NCBI RefSeq assembly: GCF_001194135.2
Contig: NC_068990.1
Location: 77,823,596-77,887,595 of the forward strand
Direction: 5' to 3'
Source of the DNA: Octopus bimaculoides
Taxonomy: Eukaryota
DNA: 64,000 nt
This document shows positions 21,890 through 35,553 of this stretch, piece by piece; within the stretch, counting starts at the first letter, position 1, and every line of letters begins with the position of its first letter. The notes under the pieces were generated by a model. The model was not told where the DNA came from and did not search any database. It was given only the letters and a program-made list of their open reading frames with translations. A program made the position numbers and the translations under genes.

Positions 21890-23010
21890 ATAGTCGGTAC
21901 CTCTAGCTGTCGTCTTGTAAAGCCGCCTGTCTGTCTATCTAGCTGCTAGCCTGCCAGTCAGGTACATTGTCCAACTAGCTATCTGTCAGTCTACGTCTAA
22001 CTGTCATTGTGCCTTTGGTGAATACAATGTCATTGTCTTCGTGTTTGGATGTCAAACAGACTTACTGCCATACAAGTTAGACTGACTGCTTGATAGAGAG
22101 ATAGACGGACGTCCAAGACAGGCATACTGATTGCTGATAGACAAGGTAGAGAGCTTGACAGGCAGATTGACAGTTAGACAAACAGCTGGCTAGACTTTTA
22201 AGAAGGAAGATTGGTAGAATAAACAGACGCTAACAGCTGGATAGACTACTAGACATCCAGATAGACAGTAGACTGACAGTTGGATAGATAGACAGACAGA
22301 CGGCTACATAGACTGGCTGACATCCAAACAGACAGCTGAATAGACATACCTGCTCTCGACAGGCTGACGACTTAGTACAAAGATTTGCAGCTAAACAGAC
22401 TAGGTGTATTAGATAGATATACCTCTAGATAGAAAGCATTTGCGCAGATAAAAATGTCTTGACTAGTAGACAGCAGACAGACAGATACATTGCGTGACAG
22501 CTAGGCATACGGATATATATAGCTTGACAGCTAGACAGACAAACAGTTAACTACACAAACTGCTAGATCAGGTATGAGCATTCGAGAACCAGGCCGCATG
22601 AGAGATGACTCATCATCAAGCGGGCCGCACTGCTAAAACAATTCAAGGTAATTTTTCATTAGGTATGCCATACGTTAAGTTCCGCGTGCGGTATGCGGCT
22701 CGCAGGCTGCGGTTTGCCCATGACAGTGCTAGATTGACTGACAGCTAGACATACACACTGACAAAAGTCAGTCAGACAGAGTACAAGATTGGTAGACTAG
22801 CAGCTTGATAGACAAACTAATAGCTAGATAGATAGGCAGATGGACAGACTGACAGCTAGAGAGACCGACTGCTAGACGGTGTACTAGACTATGTACCAGG
22901 AAGAACACTGATATGTGGATAGACTAAACGCTTAGACAGACAACGTAAAACAGACAATGACCGCATGACAGACATACTGCAAGATAAACAAACTGATAGA
23001 CAGGATGACA
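21890..23010. repeat. Cryptic degenerate (GACA/TAGA)-type low-complexity block with an orientation switch near 22070
   Basis: ctgtct-rich 21890-22070, then agacag/atagac-rich to about 23010. Confidence 0.7.
22569..22726. mobile_element. hAT MITE, degenerate TIRs
   Basis: 8-bp TSD tgctagat at 22561-22568 and 22727-22734; caggtatgagca/gtttgcccatgacag ends; shares caagcgggccgca with 15016-15328. Confidence 0.7.
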
Positions 23011-23200
23011 GACGCAGAGCTAGAAAGGCAGAAAACAGAAGAAACAAACGAGTCGTACATAGTTTCTCTCAATTTGACAAATATAAATCAAGGCGCTGCT
23101 AGCAACTACTACAACAATATGTTTGCATGTTACAGTTATAATTCAGCGCTTGTATATAGGTATTTATGCATACATACATCCGTGTGTATGTATATATACA

Positions 23201-23243
<43 letters not shown>

Positions 23244-24269
23244 GCATATATATATATANNNNNNNNNNNNNNNNNNNNNNNNNNNNNNNNNNNNNNNNNN
23301 NNNNNNNNNNNNNNNNNNNNNNNNNNNNNNNNNNNNNNNNNNNNNNNNNNNNNNNNNNNNNNNNNNNNNNNNNNNNNNNNNNNNNNNNNNNNNNNNNNNN
23401 NNNNNNNNNNNNNNNNNNNNNNNNNNNNNNNNNNNNNNNNNNNNNNNNNNNNNNNNNNNNNNNNNNNNNNNNNNNNNNNNNNNNNNNNNNNNNNNNNNNN
23501 NNNNNNNNNNNNNNNNNNNNNNNNNNNNNNNNNNNNNNNNNNNNNNNNNNNNNNNNNNNNNNNNNNNNNNNNNNNNNNNNNNNNNNNNNNNNNNNNNNNN
23601 NNNNNNNNNNNNNNNNNNNNNNNNNNNNNNNNNNNNNNNNNNNNNNNNNNNNNNNNNNNNNNNNNNNNNNNNNNNNNNNNNNNNNNNNNNNNNATATATA
23701 TATATATATATAATTGTATCAAAGACCTGTATATATATTTTTTGTATGTGTATGTGCATGTAACTTTGTACGAGCGAGCGCGCGTGTGTATGCATATAAG
23801 CATGTGTGTATGTGAATATGTTTGTATTCACACACACATAAACGTGTGTGCTGTGTCTACATACCTAGATAAACTTCCGCTCGTTTATGTGAATATATTG
23901 TGAGGGGAGGGTGGAAGGAGAAAGCGAGAGAGAGATGCAAATGTGACTGCACGCACGATGCATACCATACTGGAATACATACAAATTTACATACGCATAT
24001 ACATTTTCACATCTAGACAGGTAGATAGATAGATAGATAAACATTTATGTGTGTGTACCCACGTGAATCAACATATGCTCGCTCATGTCATATGTATACT
24101 ATATACATATATGGGGAAAGTTACGCTGATATATATATATATATGTATACACTATGCACGCACCATGTATGTCAAGCTAGTTTTTGTCACAGGTCAACTC
24201 TGTTTTAGTGTATCCCAGCTATGGCTCTCCTGTCAATAGGGGGTGTACCTGGGATTATGTTATCTAATG

Positions 24270-24532
24270 CAGAGGTTTTCAAACTTTTTGACTTGCGGAC
24301 CTCATAAACGCTTATGAAATTTATACATAAATATTTGCTTAAAAAAACATATATTTTTACATTTATTTATTTAACAGTATTTAACAAAATAGGTTTAATG
24401 TCAATTAAAAGATTTCCATTAAAAACATATATAAAATCAAATTGCCCATAAAAAGTATTTGCTATCCACGGACCCCCTGTCTTGTCCTTGCGGACCTCCT
24501 GTGGTCCGCGGACCACAGTTTGAAAACCCCTG
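24270..24532 (+). mobile_element. hAT MITE (9104 family), complete ends
   Basis: TIR CAGAGGTTTTCAAACT/AGTTTGAAAACCCCTG; 8-bp TSD atctaatg at 24262-24269 and 24533-24540. Confidence 0.95.
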
Positions 24533-24873
24533 ATCTAATGTGTCCTTCCTATTTTTACTTATTTAAGACGCAATAATATATTTTGCCGGTGAATTCGCTG
24601 CTATTTCTGCAGGTTGAATGTCTGCATAAAGGCTCCTGCGCCGGCTCGTGTCTGTGCGTTTTGTTCATCCATAAATTCGATATGACAAGGACGTATATTC
24701 GAGTATATATGTACGAGTGCGTGGGTGTCGGTTCCATATTGCTATATACCAAAATAGGAATGCATTCCTAAACATTAAAGCTTATCAACGTTTTATTTTT
24801 TTGTTTTCTTTCTTCCTTTAGTTCTCTCTTTTTCTTCTCAATTATACGCTTCTATCAATATTGCTATCGCCCC

Positions 24874-24910
<37 letters not shown>

Positions 24911-25154
24911 ATGTCAGACTGTCAATTTTTCTATCAATCTTTATGTCTATTCCTTTATCTGATTATCTGTCTGTCGATCTGTCTGTCTATCTATCTAGCT
25001 TTCTATCTATCTATTCATCTGACTGTCTGTCTGTCCATCTATCTGTCTATTTGTCTGTCCTATCTATCTGTTTGTCTATTTGTCTGTCAGTCTGTCTGTC
25101 TGTCGATCAATCGATCGATCTTTCATATACTCACGTATGTGAGTATACGCTTTT

Positions 25155-25187
<33 letters not shown>

Positions 25188-25512
25188 NNNNNNNNNNNNN
25201 NNNNNNNNNNNNNNNNNNNNNNNNNNNNNNNNNNNNNNNNNNNNNNNNNNNNNNNNNNNNNNNNNNNNNNNNNNNNNNNNNNNNNNNNNNNNNNNNNNNN
25301 NNNNNNNNNNNNNNNNNNNNNNNNNNNNNNNNNNNNNNNNNNNNNNNNNNNNNNNNNNNNNNNNNNNNNNNNNNNNNNNNNNNNNNNNNNNNGAGAGAGA
25401 GAGAGAGAGATAGAGAGATAGATATGAGTATAGGTATGTGTATACATATCCGCTCGTCCTCAAAAACAAACATCATCATCATCACCACCATCATCTCTCT
25501 CTCTCCCTCTCT

Positions 25513-25556
<44 letters not shown>

Positions 25557-26287
25557 CCTCTGCTTCGATTATGTGTGATCGAGAGGCCGTCTTCCCTTAC
25601 CCCCTTCCAACTTATAACATAACGAACATTATGAAAATAGAAGAAAAAGGAAACAAAAAAAATAACTATGAAAGACAACTGCAACAACAAGAACAACAAC
25701 ATTACTGACTACAATAAAACCAACAATAGCATACAGAGTAACATGTAAGGCAAATGAGTTTCACGTGATCTACTTTTCATCGCTCAGATGACGTGCATTC
25801 TGCTGCATGCTACTGCATGCACGCTTACGTTTTGCGCATGCGTTTGGACATTTAGAAACAGAGACACTGTATGCGTGTATATGCATATGTACGTGTGTGT
25901 ATGTGTATGTTCGAGTTTGTGTGTGTGTGGGGGGGTGATAGAGTGAGAGAGGGAGGGTATGCGACCGCAGGCAAGAAATAAAAGCAAGAGATAGAAGGCA
26001 GATTGGACAAGTGATTTGTATATGGCCTGTTGAAAAGAGCGGACACAGCAAGTGGTGACGAAAGAACAAGTTAAGCGGGTATATTTAGGTGGAGGTGACA
26101 CGGGATCATCCATCTCTGAGACCAAAACAAATATTTTATTTTGCTACTGTTTTTACTTTTAGCACGCTTTTTTATTTATGGGACCCCACATTGTATTGTC
26201 CTATACCGTTCCCAATGTTTTTTTGCTTTTTTGTTTTTTCTGAACCCTTAGCACTTAATAAAGAAAACGTTATTATTAATATTAGTA

Positions 26288-26510
26288 AGGCGATGAGCCG
26301 GCAGAATCGTTAGCACGCCGGGCAAAATGCTTCGTAGCATTTCATCTGTCCTTATGTTCTATGTTCAATTTCCACCGAGGTCGACATTGCCTTTCATCCT
26401 TTCATGATCGATAAAATAAGTACCAGCTGAGTACTACGGTCGATGAAATCGACTTGCCTGCCCTCGCCCCAGACTTGCTGGCCTTGATCCAAAATTGGAA
26501 ACCATTATTA
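26288..26510 (+). mobile_element. SINE family B, full length
   Basis: aaggcgatgagccggcagaatcgttagcacgccggg...gccttgatccaaaattggaaacc. Confidence 0.9.
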
Positions 26511-26590
26511 TCATTATTTAACTGTTAATACAGCGAGCTGGCAGAAGCACGCTTCGTTGGGAAGCATGCTTCTTACCACACAGCCACGCC

Positions 26591-26630
<40 letters not shown>

Positions 26631-27045
26631 TTTNNNNNNNNNNNNNNNNNNNNNNNNNNNNNNNNNNNNNNNNNNNNNNNNNNNNNNNNNNNNNNNNNNN
26701 NNNNNNNNNNNNNNNNNNNNNNNNNNNNNNNNNNNNNNNNNNNNNNNNNNNNNNNNNNNNNNNNNNNNNNNNNNNNNNNNNNNNNNNNNNNNNNNNNNNN
26801 NNNNNNNNNNNNNNNNNNNNNNNNNNNNNNNNNNNNNNNNNNNNNNNNNNNNNNNNNNNNNNNNNNNNNNNNNNNNNNNNNNNNNNNNNNNNNNNNNNNN
26901 NNNNNNNNNNNNNNNNNNNNNNNNNNNNNNNNNNNNNNNNNNNNNNNNNNNNNNNNNNNNNNNNNNNNNNNNNNNNNNNNNNNNNNNNNNNNNNNNNNNN
27001 NNNNNNNNNNNNNNNNNNNNNNNNNNNNNNNNNNNNNNNNNNNNT

Positions 27046-27217
27046 TAAAAGCATGTGATAGTGGATTTTCATTGATGAGTTTTTGAAAATTGGTTATTTT
27101 CCCTAAAACTATATATTTTATATATACTTTATCTATAAGGCTCAATTTAATTTTAATTTTTATAAATTGATTTTAATTGAGTTTTTTACCTGTAATTTTG
27201 GATTTTGTCCCTAATAT

Positions 27218-27254
<37 letters not shown>

Positions 27255-27794
27255 TATATACATACATACATACAGAAAGAGAGGAGAGTGGAGAGATTGT
27301 ATGAAGAGTAATTGGTGCAATGCAAATCCAGAGAGCAGCATGGACACACAGGATTCACTCACTCGCTATTAACTGTAAAGGATTTTATTTGAGAAAAAAA
27401 GTTTACGAGTATTATTGCAGCAAAACCTCAAGCTTGCAATTTTCTTCGAATACATCAATGTGAATATAGTACTGAGCACCGGCACCTAAGTAATCAGTGT
27501 GAAATGAGGAGAGTGTGAAGTGCAATTTTGCATGCATGCATGTTTATATTCCGATGTGCATCAATTTTTATTAGCAGCGTATTCAAAGTAGATTGCTTAT
27601 GATTTTGTTTGCTTTCTTGCGTGGAATGAGTGCAGATGTATGCATGTGTGTGTGTGTGTGTTTGTGTGTGTGTGTGCATAACTGTATGCATAGTTTGTAT
27701 GCATGCATGTATGTACACGTATGTGTGTTTGTGTTTATATATATATATACAGATATAGATATAGATATAAATATATATGTATACATACATATAT

Positions 27795-27825
<31 letters not shown>

Positions 27826-27850
27826 TAAATATACATGTATACATGCATAT

Positions 27851-27900
<50 letters not shown>

Positions 27901-28545
27901 NNNNNNNNNNNNNNNNNNNNNNNNNNNNNNNNNNNNNNNNNNNNNNNNNNNNNNNNNNNNNNNNNNNNNNNNNNNNNNNNNNNNNNNNNNNNNNNNNNNN
28001 NNNNNNNNNNNNNNNNNNNNNNNNNNNNNNNNNNNNNNNNNNNNNNNNNNNNNNNNNNNNNNNNNNNNNNNNNNNNNNNNNNNNNNNNNNNNNNNNNNNN
28101 NNNNNNNNNNNNNNNNNNNNNNNNNNNNNNNNNNNNNNNNNNNNNNNNNNNNNNNNNNNNNNNNNNNNNNNNNNNNNNNNNNNNNNNNNNNNNNNNNNNN
28201 NNNNNNNNNNNNNNNNNNNNNNNNNNNNNNNNNNNNNNNNNNTATATATATATATATATATATATATATTAGGGATAAAATCCAAAATTACAGGTAAAAA
28301 CTCAATTAAAATAAATTTATTAAAAATTAAAATTAAATTAAGTTTCACAGTATAAAATATATATAAATATATAGTATTAGGGAAAAGAACCAACGTTTAT
28401 GAACTCATTGATGAAAATCCACTAACTATAATATTTATTTATTGTACTTTTAATTATAAATTTTTTCTATATGTGACAGTGAATTTTCATCGATGAGTTC
28501 ATAAACCTTGGTTCTTTTCCCTAAAACTATATATTTATATATATA
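27046..28545. repeat. Three copies of an AT-rich interspersed repeat in inverted arrangement (27046-27215, 28268-28425, 28475-28545)
   Basis: tagggataaaatccaaaattacaggtaaaaactc... and ...gaactcattgatgaaaatccact occur in both orientations. Confidence 0.8.
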
Positions 28546-28879
28546 TAACACATACACATATATAATTCTTTTAACTCTCATCAGATTGCCTACAAATGTG
28601 TACATATGTGTGTATATATGTGTATGTATACATACACACACACACACACACACACATACACACATAGATATATATCAAGAGAGAGAGTGAGAGACAGGCA
28701 GACAGTCGATAGACAGACTCACAAGAGTCTTTTAAAAATCTCTTTCGCATTTTAATATTGCTTAATGCGAGTAGGAATGAAGGCAGCAACGATAATACAT
28801 ATTTTTTTAATAAAAAAAAAAAAGAAAGCAGTAAATGCTACTTTATGTAATAAAGGATTCAAAATGTCCGCCACTATTC

Positions 28880-29160
28880 TCAGTCCATAACCAATATTAT
28901 TTTTTTTTCTGTCTTTTTCTAAAAACTGAATTCAAGAACATTGTGGTTTGAATTTTCATCACTTCACTGATTCTTTGCATCAAATAGTCAATGTCTGTGA
29001 TTACAGTTCTGATGATAGTTCCATAAAAGAAATCCAAGAGAGTTTCAGGTCACAAAAGATCGGTCCCTCTCTGTCCAATAAACGTCTAGCAAACTGTGCA
29101 TTTCAGACCCATTGTGGAAGTATACTTTGTTGTAGAGTAATGATCAAAAATATTCTTTTC
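28880..29160 (-). pseudogene. Highly decayed Tc1/mariner transposase C-terminal relic
   Basis: Minus frames give IGQRG.../LDFFYGT.../ITDIDYLMQRISEV, resembling the IGRGG...SPDL.PLDFFLWG...DL..RI region. Confidence 0.4.
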
Positions 29161-29185
29161 CTTTACATGTCTGGCACCAAAATAT

Positions 29186-30031
29186 TTTTTCTGAAACTTT
29201 GCATAGTTATTTCGTTTTTTAGTAAAATTGGCTTGCCAGATTCATGATGTGGACTCATGTATTGAAACAAATTTTGCTGTATGTTGGGAAGGTTATTACA
29301 CCAATAATAAACACATGCACTAATTTGATTTCACTTCTTTATTATTAGTCTACTAGATAGTTACTTAACCAACCAATTAATTGATCACTCATTTAATCAG
29401 TCAGTAAAAGTATCTATCGGTTGTTTGTCAATGTCTTTTTGGTGTCATTTGAGATCTCATTACTGATATGCTCTCTTTCTGAAACATTGCATAGCTATTT
29501 CAAATTTTTCTTGTGTGTATGTGTGGTTTTTCTTTTTGCATATTTTGCTTGCCAGATTTTTTATGTGGACTCATATGTTGAAACAAATTTTGTTGTATGC
29601 TGGTAGGGTCATTACACCAATAATAAATACACTCACTGGTTCAATTTCATTTCTTTAACATTAGTCCATCAGGTAGTTATTTAACCATCCAACTAATCAA
29701 TTGCTTGCTTGATCAGTGGGTTAAATGATCTATCAGTTGTTTGTCAAAGTCTTTTTGGTATCATTGATGATCTCATCACCGACATGCTCTCTTTCTGAAA
29801 CTTTGAGTCGTTATTTTTTTTTTTGTTTTTTTTTGTATATTTGGCTTGCCAGATTCTTGATGTGGACTCGAGTGTTGAAATAAATTTTGTTGTATGTTGG
29901 ATTGTAACACCAATAATAAACACACACACACTGGTTCGATTTCACATCTTTATTATTAGTCAATTGATCAATCGGTTAAACGATCTATCAGTTTTTTGTC
30001 AAAGTCTTTTTGGTGTCATTCATGATATCAT

Positions 30032-30035
<4 letters not shown>
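29186..30035. repeat. Diverged tandem repeat, about 290-315-bp unit x 3
   Basis: ttctgaaac...gcttgccagatt...atgtggactc...acaccaataataaa...gtctttttgg recurs from about 29189, 29478 and 29793. Confidence 0.9.
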
Positions 30036-30128
<93 letters not shown>

Positions 30129-31165
30129 ACCAGATCTTTCTCTCTCTCTTCCATGCACTAAATTTGTCTGTCTTCTAGTTAATCCCAATGTTCATGTTGT
30201 ACTTGAAAAGGGGATGAAGAGACAAAAGGAAAGTGTGTGTATATGTGTGAGTGTGTGTGTTTGTATGTGTGTGGCTAGCATTTGCTACAAACAGGCAAAA
30301 TGATGCCTTATTGAGTAGCATACCCCAATAGTAATTTTTGGTGATAGGTAGCAACAATTAATTGTTTAGTGAGCATTTTCATAACCTCATAATCAATAAT
30401 TAAAGCTGGTTGATAATAACTCCAATAAGAAGAATCTCTTTATTACTGAATAAAAACTTCCTCGAGTAGTTTCTGTCACTGGTGGCTTTGCAGTCAATAA
30501 CATGTTTACAGATCACCAGATTTACACATTTAACATCTTCAGATCATTTCATAAAGAATGAAAATATTTCATACCACTAGGTTTTAGGTACTTTCAAATA
30601 GAGCTACAGGAGACAGAGAGCACCTTTGAAGCTTGTCATTATTGAACTGTATAGATCTTGTATAAAATGAATAATAAACAGATTATCATGTTCCGCTGAA
30701 ACAGTTTGATCTTCCAGTCTGATACAGGTCTTCAAACACGTCTACACTTTAAAATTGTTTGAAAGTTTTATGAATGACGATGACATGGCTAGGAGGATTT
30801 AGATTTATTTCTTGTTTTCACATACTGAAGATTTCTACGATTGATTTGTTATATTGTGACATTTTTGGTACAACGAATGTTCTCTCATCTTTTGATAATG
30901 ACATTATAAAACAATAAGATATACACAAAAGAGTTGCAAAAATAGCATTAAATGTATATAAAAACAAAACTGTGACAAAATAAAAGATTTTATATATCAT
31001 TTAGATGCGAAGGAGACTAGATGAAATGCTTACAATATTTGTAGTTTTGGGGGAGTTTTTTACATTCTGCGTTCACATCACACTGCAGCTAACTTTGCCT
31101 TTCGTCTTTGTGGTGTCGATAAAATACAGTACCAATCAAGTCCTGGGACTAATTTAACCAACTGT

Positions 31166-31545
31166 TGGCACTCCGTCACTTACGGCATCGAGGGTTTCAG
31201 TTGATCCGATCAACAGAACAGCCAGCTCGTGAAATTAACGTGCAAGTGGCTGAGCACTCCACAGACACGTGTACCCTTAACGTAGTTCTCGGGGATATTC
31301 AGCATGACACAGTGTGACAAGGCTGACCCTTTGAATTACAGGCACAACAGAAACAGGAAGTAAGAGTGAGAGAAAGTTGTGGTGAAAGAGTACAGCAGGG
31401 TTCGCCACCATCCCCTGCCGGAGCCTCGTGGAGCTTTTAGGTGTTTTCGCTCAATAAACACTCACAACGCCCGGTCTGGGAATCAAAACCGCGATCCTAT
31501 GACCGTGAGTCCGCTGCCCTAACCACTGGGCCATTGCGCCTCCAC
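31166..31545 (-). mobile_element. Full-length SINE family D with 11-bp TSD, inserted into a SINE family B copy (about 31010-31165)
   Basis: taaccaactgt at 31155-31165 and 31546-31556; tRNA-like head at the right end. Confidence 0.92.
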
Positions 31546-32477
31546 TAACCAACTGTACTACTCTGAGAACATACAATAGGTTACCATGGTATAGTTGAAT
31601 GCTTATCCATTACTGATCCAATTGGACAGTTCTGCTGGTAGATGAAGTGACTTGCTATGTTATTGTCAGTATACATACACATGAGCATTCACACACACAT
31701 ACTGTCATCGACTCACACATATCTCTCTAAAAGCAGACCTACACTATAAAAGTAACTTCTGAAGGTGCTGCATGATTCTAAACTTCATGGGTACTCTCAT
31801 GTGTGTATATGTATGTTGGTGAAAAAGTTAAACAACTCTATGAAAACTAAAAGCCTAGTTCTCTTTTAATGAAGTATCCTATGACATTTGTCCACTTGCA
31901 CCAACTTACAGATATTTTCTTGTTATTCTTGCCACTCAGTCTGACGGAGGGTTCTTTGTAAAACATTAATCTTCCTCCTCACAGAACAGCATTTGTTCCA
32001 TTATTTGAATGTTTGCCAACACAAATCTTCATTAGTTCCCTTGAATTCTACGGTTTGTGTATAACTGGGTGAATTGGCAGAATTGATAGAACATTAAATA
32101 GAATCCAGTATTTTGTTTTGGTTTTCTATGCTCTCAGTTCAAATCCCTCCAAGGCCAACTTTGGTTTTTCAGTTGATAAAGTGTCAGTAAAAATCTCAAT
32201 GCCTTTCCCTCTCTCTCTCTTTTTTGTTCTTTCTCTCTTCTCACATACATACATCACACTCTCTGCATTGACTGTAATTCAAAGGTCCAGACTTGCTATT
32301 GTCTGTCTTGCACTGATTCAGCCTGAGAACTGCATTAAGGGCATGTGAGTGTGTGAAATGCTCAAATTCAGTTGCTTCAACAACTGAATGGTCATCATCG
32401 AGAATGACAGAGAACCCACTTCTGGAAATATGTCTGTTTCTGTTATATTTGAAGATTAATTTTCAAACTGTATGTGA

Positions 32478-32614
32478 CTATGTGGTAAGTAGGTTACTTA
32501 CCAACCACATGGTTCCAGGTTCAGTCCAGCTGTGTGGCACCTTGGCAAAGTGTCTTCTACTATAGGCTCAGGCTATAGTGGATTTGGTAGAGGGAAACTG
32601 AAAGAAGCCCATCG

Positions 32615-32665
<51 letters not shown>

Positions 32666-32680
32666 GTATGTATATTGCTT
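32478..32680 (+). mobile_element. SINE family A, 5' half with internal deletion
   Basis: ctatgtggtaagtaggttac...ggcaaagtgtcttctactatag...gtggatttggtagagggaaactg. Confidence 0.8.
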
Positions 32681-32772
32681 AAGCATTGCGAGACCACTGC
32701 ATCTTATAGCAGAAACAATTGTAAGCTAATGAAGCTCATAAGATAATCCTTTATTCCTTTGTCATCTCTCTT

Positions 32773-32822
<50 letters not shown>

Positions 32823-33520
32823 NNNNNNNNNNNNNNNNNNNNNNNNNNNNNNNNNNNNNNNNNNNNNNNNNNNNNNNNNNNNNNNNNNNNNNNNNNNNNN
32901 NNNNNNNNNNNNNNNNNNNNNNNNNNNNNNNNNNNNNNNNNNNNNNNNNNNNNNNNNNNNNNNNNNNNNNNNNNNNNNNNNNNNNNNNNNNNNNNNNNNN
33001 NNNNNNNNNNNNNNNNNNNNNNNNNNNNNNNNNNNNNNNNNNNNNNNNNNNNNNNNNNNNNNNNNNNNNNNNNNNNNNNNNNNNNNNNNNNNNNNNNNNN
33101 NNNNNNNNNNNNNNNNNNNNNNNNNNNNNNNNNNNNNNNNNNNNNNNNNNNNNNNNNNNNNNNNNNNNNNNNNNNNNNNNNNNNNNNNNNNNNNNNNNNN
33201 NNNNNNNNNNNNNNNNNNNNNNNNNNNNNNNNNNNNNNNNNNNNNNNNNNNNNNNNNNNNNNNNNNNNNNNNNNNNNNNNNNNNNNNNNNNNNNNNNNNN
33301 NNNNNNNNNNNNNNNNNNNNNNNNNNNNNNNNNNNNNNNNNNNNNNNNNNNNNNNNNNNNNNNNNNNNNNNNNNNNNNNNNNNNNNNNNNNNNNNNNNNN
33401 NNNNNNNNNNNNNNNNNNNNNNNNNNNNNNNNNNNNNNNNNNNNNNNNNNNNNNNNNNNNNNNNNNNNNNNNNNNNNNNNNNNNNNNNNNNNNNNNNNNN
33501 NNNNNNNNNNNNNNNNNNNN

Positions 33521-33568
<48 letters not shown>

Positions 33569-34368
33569 AACAAGGTAAATTTGTTGTAATTTTAAGGTGA
33601 AGCTGGTGTGAAAGGGTGAAGAATAATTACAGGAACAACAATAAATGATGATAATGATGATGATGATCATCATCATCATCATTATTCATAATCAATGTTA
33701 AATATGTAAAATTTACTAACGCTTCAACTTGATAGACTTAAGAAGAATTGAAAGAGAGCCAAAAAGACACAAAGGGAATACGGGAAGCAGAAAAGAAAGA
33801 ATGAAGATGCATATTAATAATAGATATGGACAGAAGCAATATGAAAGGAAAGATGAAAAGGAGCAGGAGAAGATGAAAAGTGAGAGTAAGAGCATATACA
33901 GGAAACAATGTGGGAGTTAGAAAGATAGACAAACAGACAGACAAGCAAACAGACAAGCAGACAGACAGGCAGATGTTGAAACATTTACAGAGAAGGGGAA
34001 ACTGGTTGGTGGTTGGTGTGATATTTGACAAGGAAGAAGATAAAACTGGATGGAAGAAGATTTGTTGAAAGAGAAAATGATGGTACATGTCTCCAAAACA
34101 GAGACAAATACATCATTCCCAAGTAGTTTGCTTAAATAATTGTGGAGGACTTTTCCACATGGAGCCAGAAACCATTGGTTGCCTTGTTAATCCACAAGCT
34201 AAAAAAAAAAAATTCCATGACCGAATTTGAACTCAGAACATAAAAATAGACAAAATGGGGCTAAGCATTTTACTTAGCATGCTAATAATTCTTCCCCCTT
34301 GCCACTTTAACACTCCACAATATGACTACCCTACACTTCAATACTTCACAGTATGTCAACAAATTCCA

Positions 34369-34404
<36 letters not shown>

Positions 34405-35354
34405 NNNNNNNNNNNNNNNNNNNNNNNNNNNNNNNNNNNNNNNNNNNNNNNNNNNNNNNNNNNNNNNNNNNNNNNNNNNNNNNNNNNNNNNNNNNNNNNN
34501 NNNNNNNNNNNNNNNNNNNNNNNNNNNNNNNNNNNNNNNNNNNNNNNNNNNNNNNNNNNNNNNNNNNNNNNNNNNNNNNNNNNNNNNNNNNNNNNNNNNN
34601 NNNNNNNNNNNNNNNNNNNNNNNNNNNNNNNNNNNNNNNNNNNNNNNNNNNNNNNNNNNNNNNNNNNNNNNNNNNNNNNNNNNNNNNNNNNNNNNNNNNN
34701 NNNNNNNNNNNNNNNNNNNNNNNNNNNNNNNNNNNNNNNNNNNNNNNNNNNNNNNNNNNNNNNNNNNNNNNNNNNNNNNNNNNNNNNNNNNNNNNNNNNN
34801 NNNNNNNNNNNNNNNNNNNNNNNNNNNNNNNNNNNNNNNNNNNNNNNNNNNNNNNNNNNNNNNNNNNNNNNNNNNNNNNNNNNNNNNNNNNNNNNNNNNN
34901 NNNNNNNNNNNNNNNNNNNNNNNNNNNNNNNNACATATATATAAAAATGGAACAAAAACGCAATGGAGGACATTAAAACATTCGGACAGATAGATGATAC
35001 TAACGCGGACAAGAGAAACAACAATTAGAAGGACAAGCGAAAAATGACGGGCCATTGGTGGTTTTCTTTCCTCAGTCAAGTTCCTGAAGTCATGCCCATT
35101 TCAAGCAGTTACACTTGAGATGGTTCCATCTGGTTGCCCCCAAAAATGTCTTAGCTAAGAGAATTAGACCCCTTTGTAAGAAAGCTAGTGAATGTGTACG
35201 GCAACAAAGACAAAAAAAACAAACAAACAAAAATTGGAGAAAATGGTGCACAATTACGAATACAAACAACAAGAAATAACAACAGGTGTCTTTCAACTGA
35301 AAACGAATCAAATTGAGCTGACATGTATAAAGTGAAAGGCTAAAGGCAGGGACA

Positions 35355-35480
35355 AAGAGACCGATAGAATAAGTCCTAGGCTTTACAAAGAATAAGTCCT
35401 GGGGTCAAATTGTTCAACTAAAGGCTCTGCTCCAGCATGGCTGCAGTCAACTGACTAAGACAAACAAAAGAATAAAAGAA
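35355..35480 (+). mobile_element. SINE family A, 3' tail
   Basis: aaagagaccgatagaataagt...ctccagcatggctgcagtc. Confidence 0.8.
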
Positions 35481-35553
35481 CATTATTGCTATTATGCAAA
35501 AGTATTGTAAGTCCACAATGTTGCTTTTTCAGAAAACGAAAAAATAATTTCAC

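Noticed and set aside
24612-24771. Acceptor-like ttctgcag followed by a Cys-rich frame
   Set aside because: It runs into simple repeat and has no clear donor or homology.
7790-31545. tRNA-like sequences with A and B boxes (e.g. 8050-8127, 17408-17480, 31470-31545)
   Set aside because: They continue into SINE bodies and lack a complete cloverleaf, so they are SINE heads, not tRNA genes.
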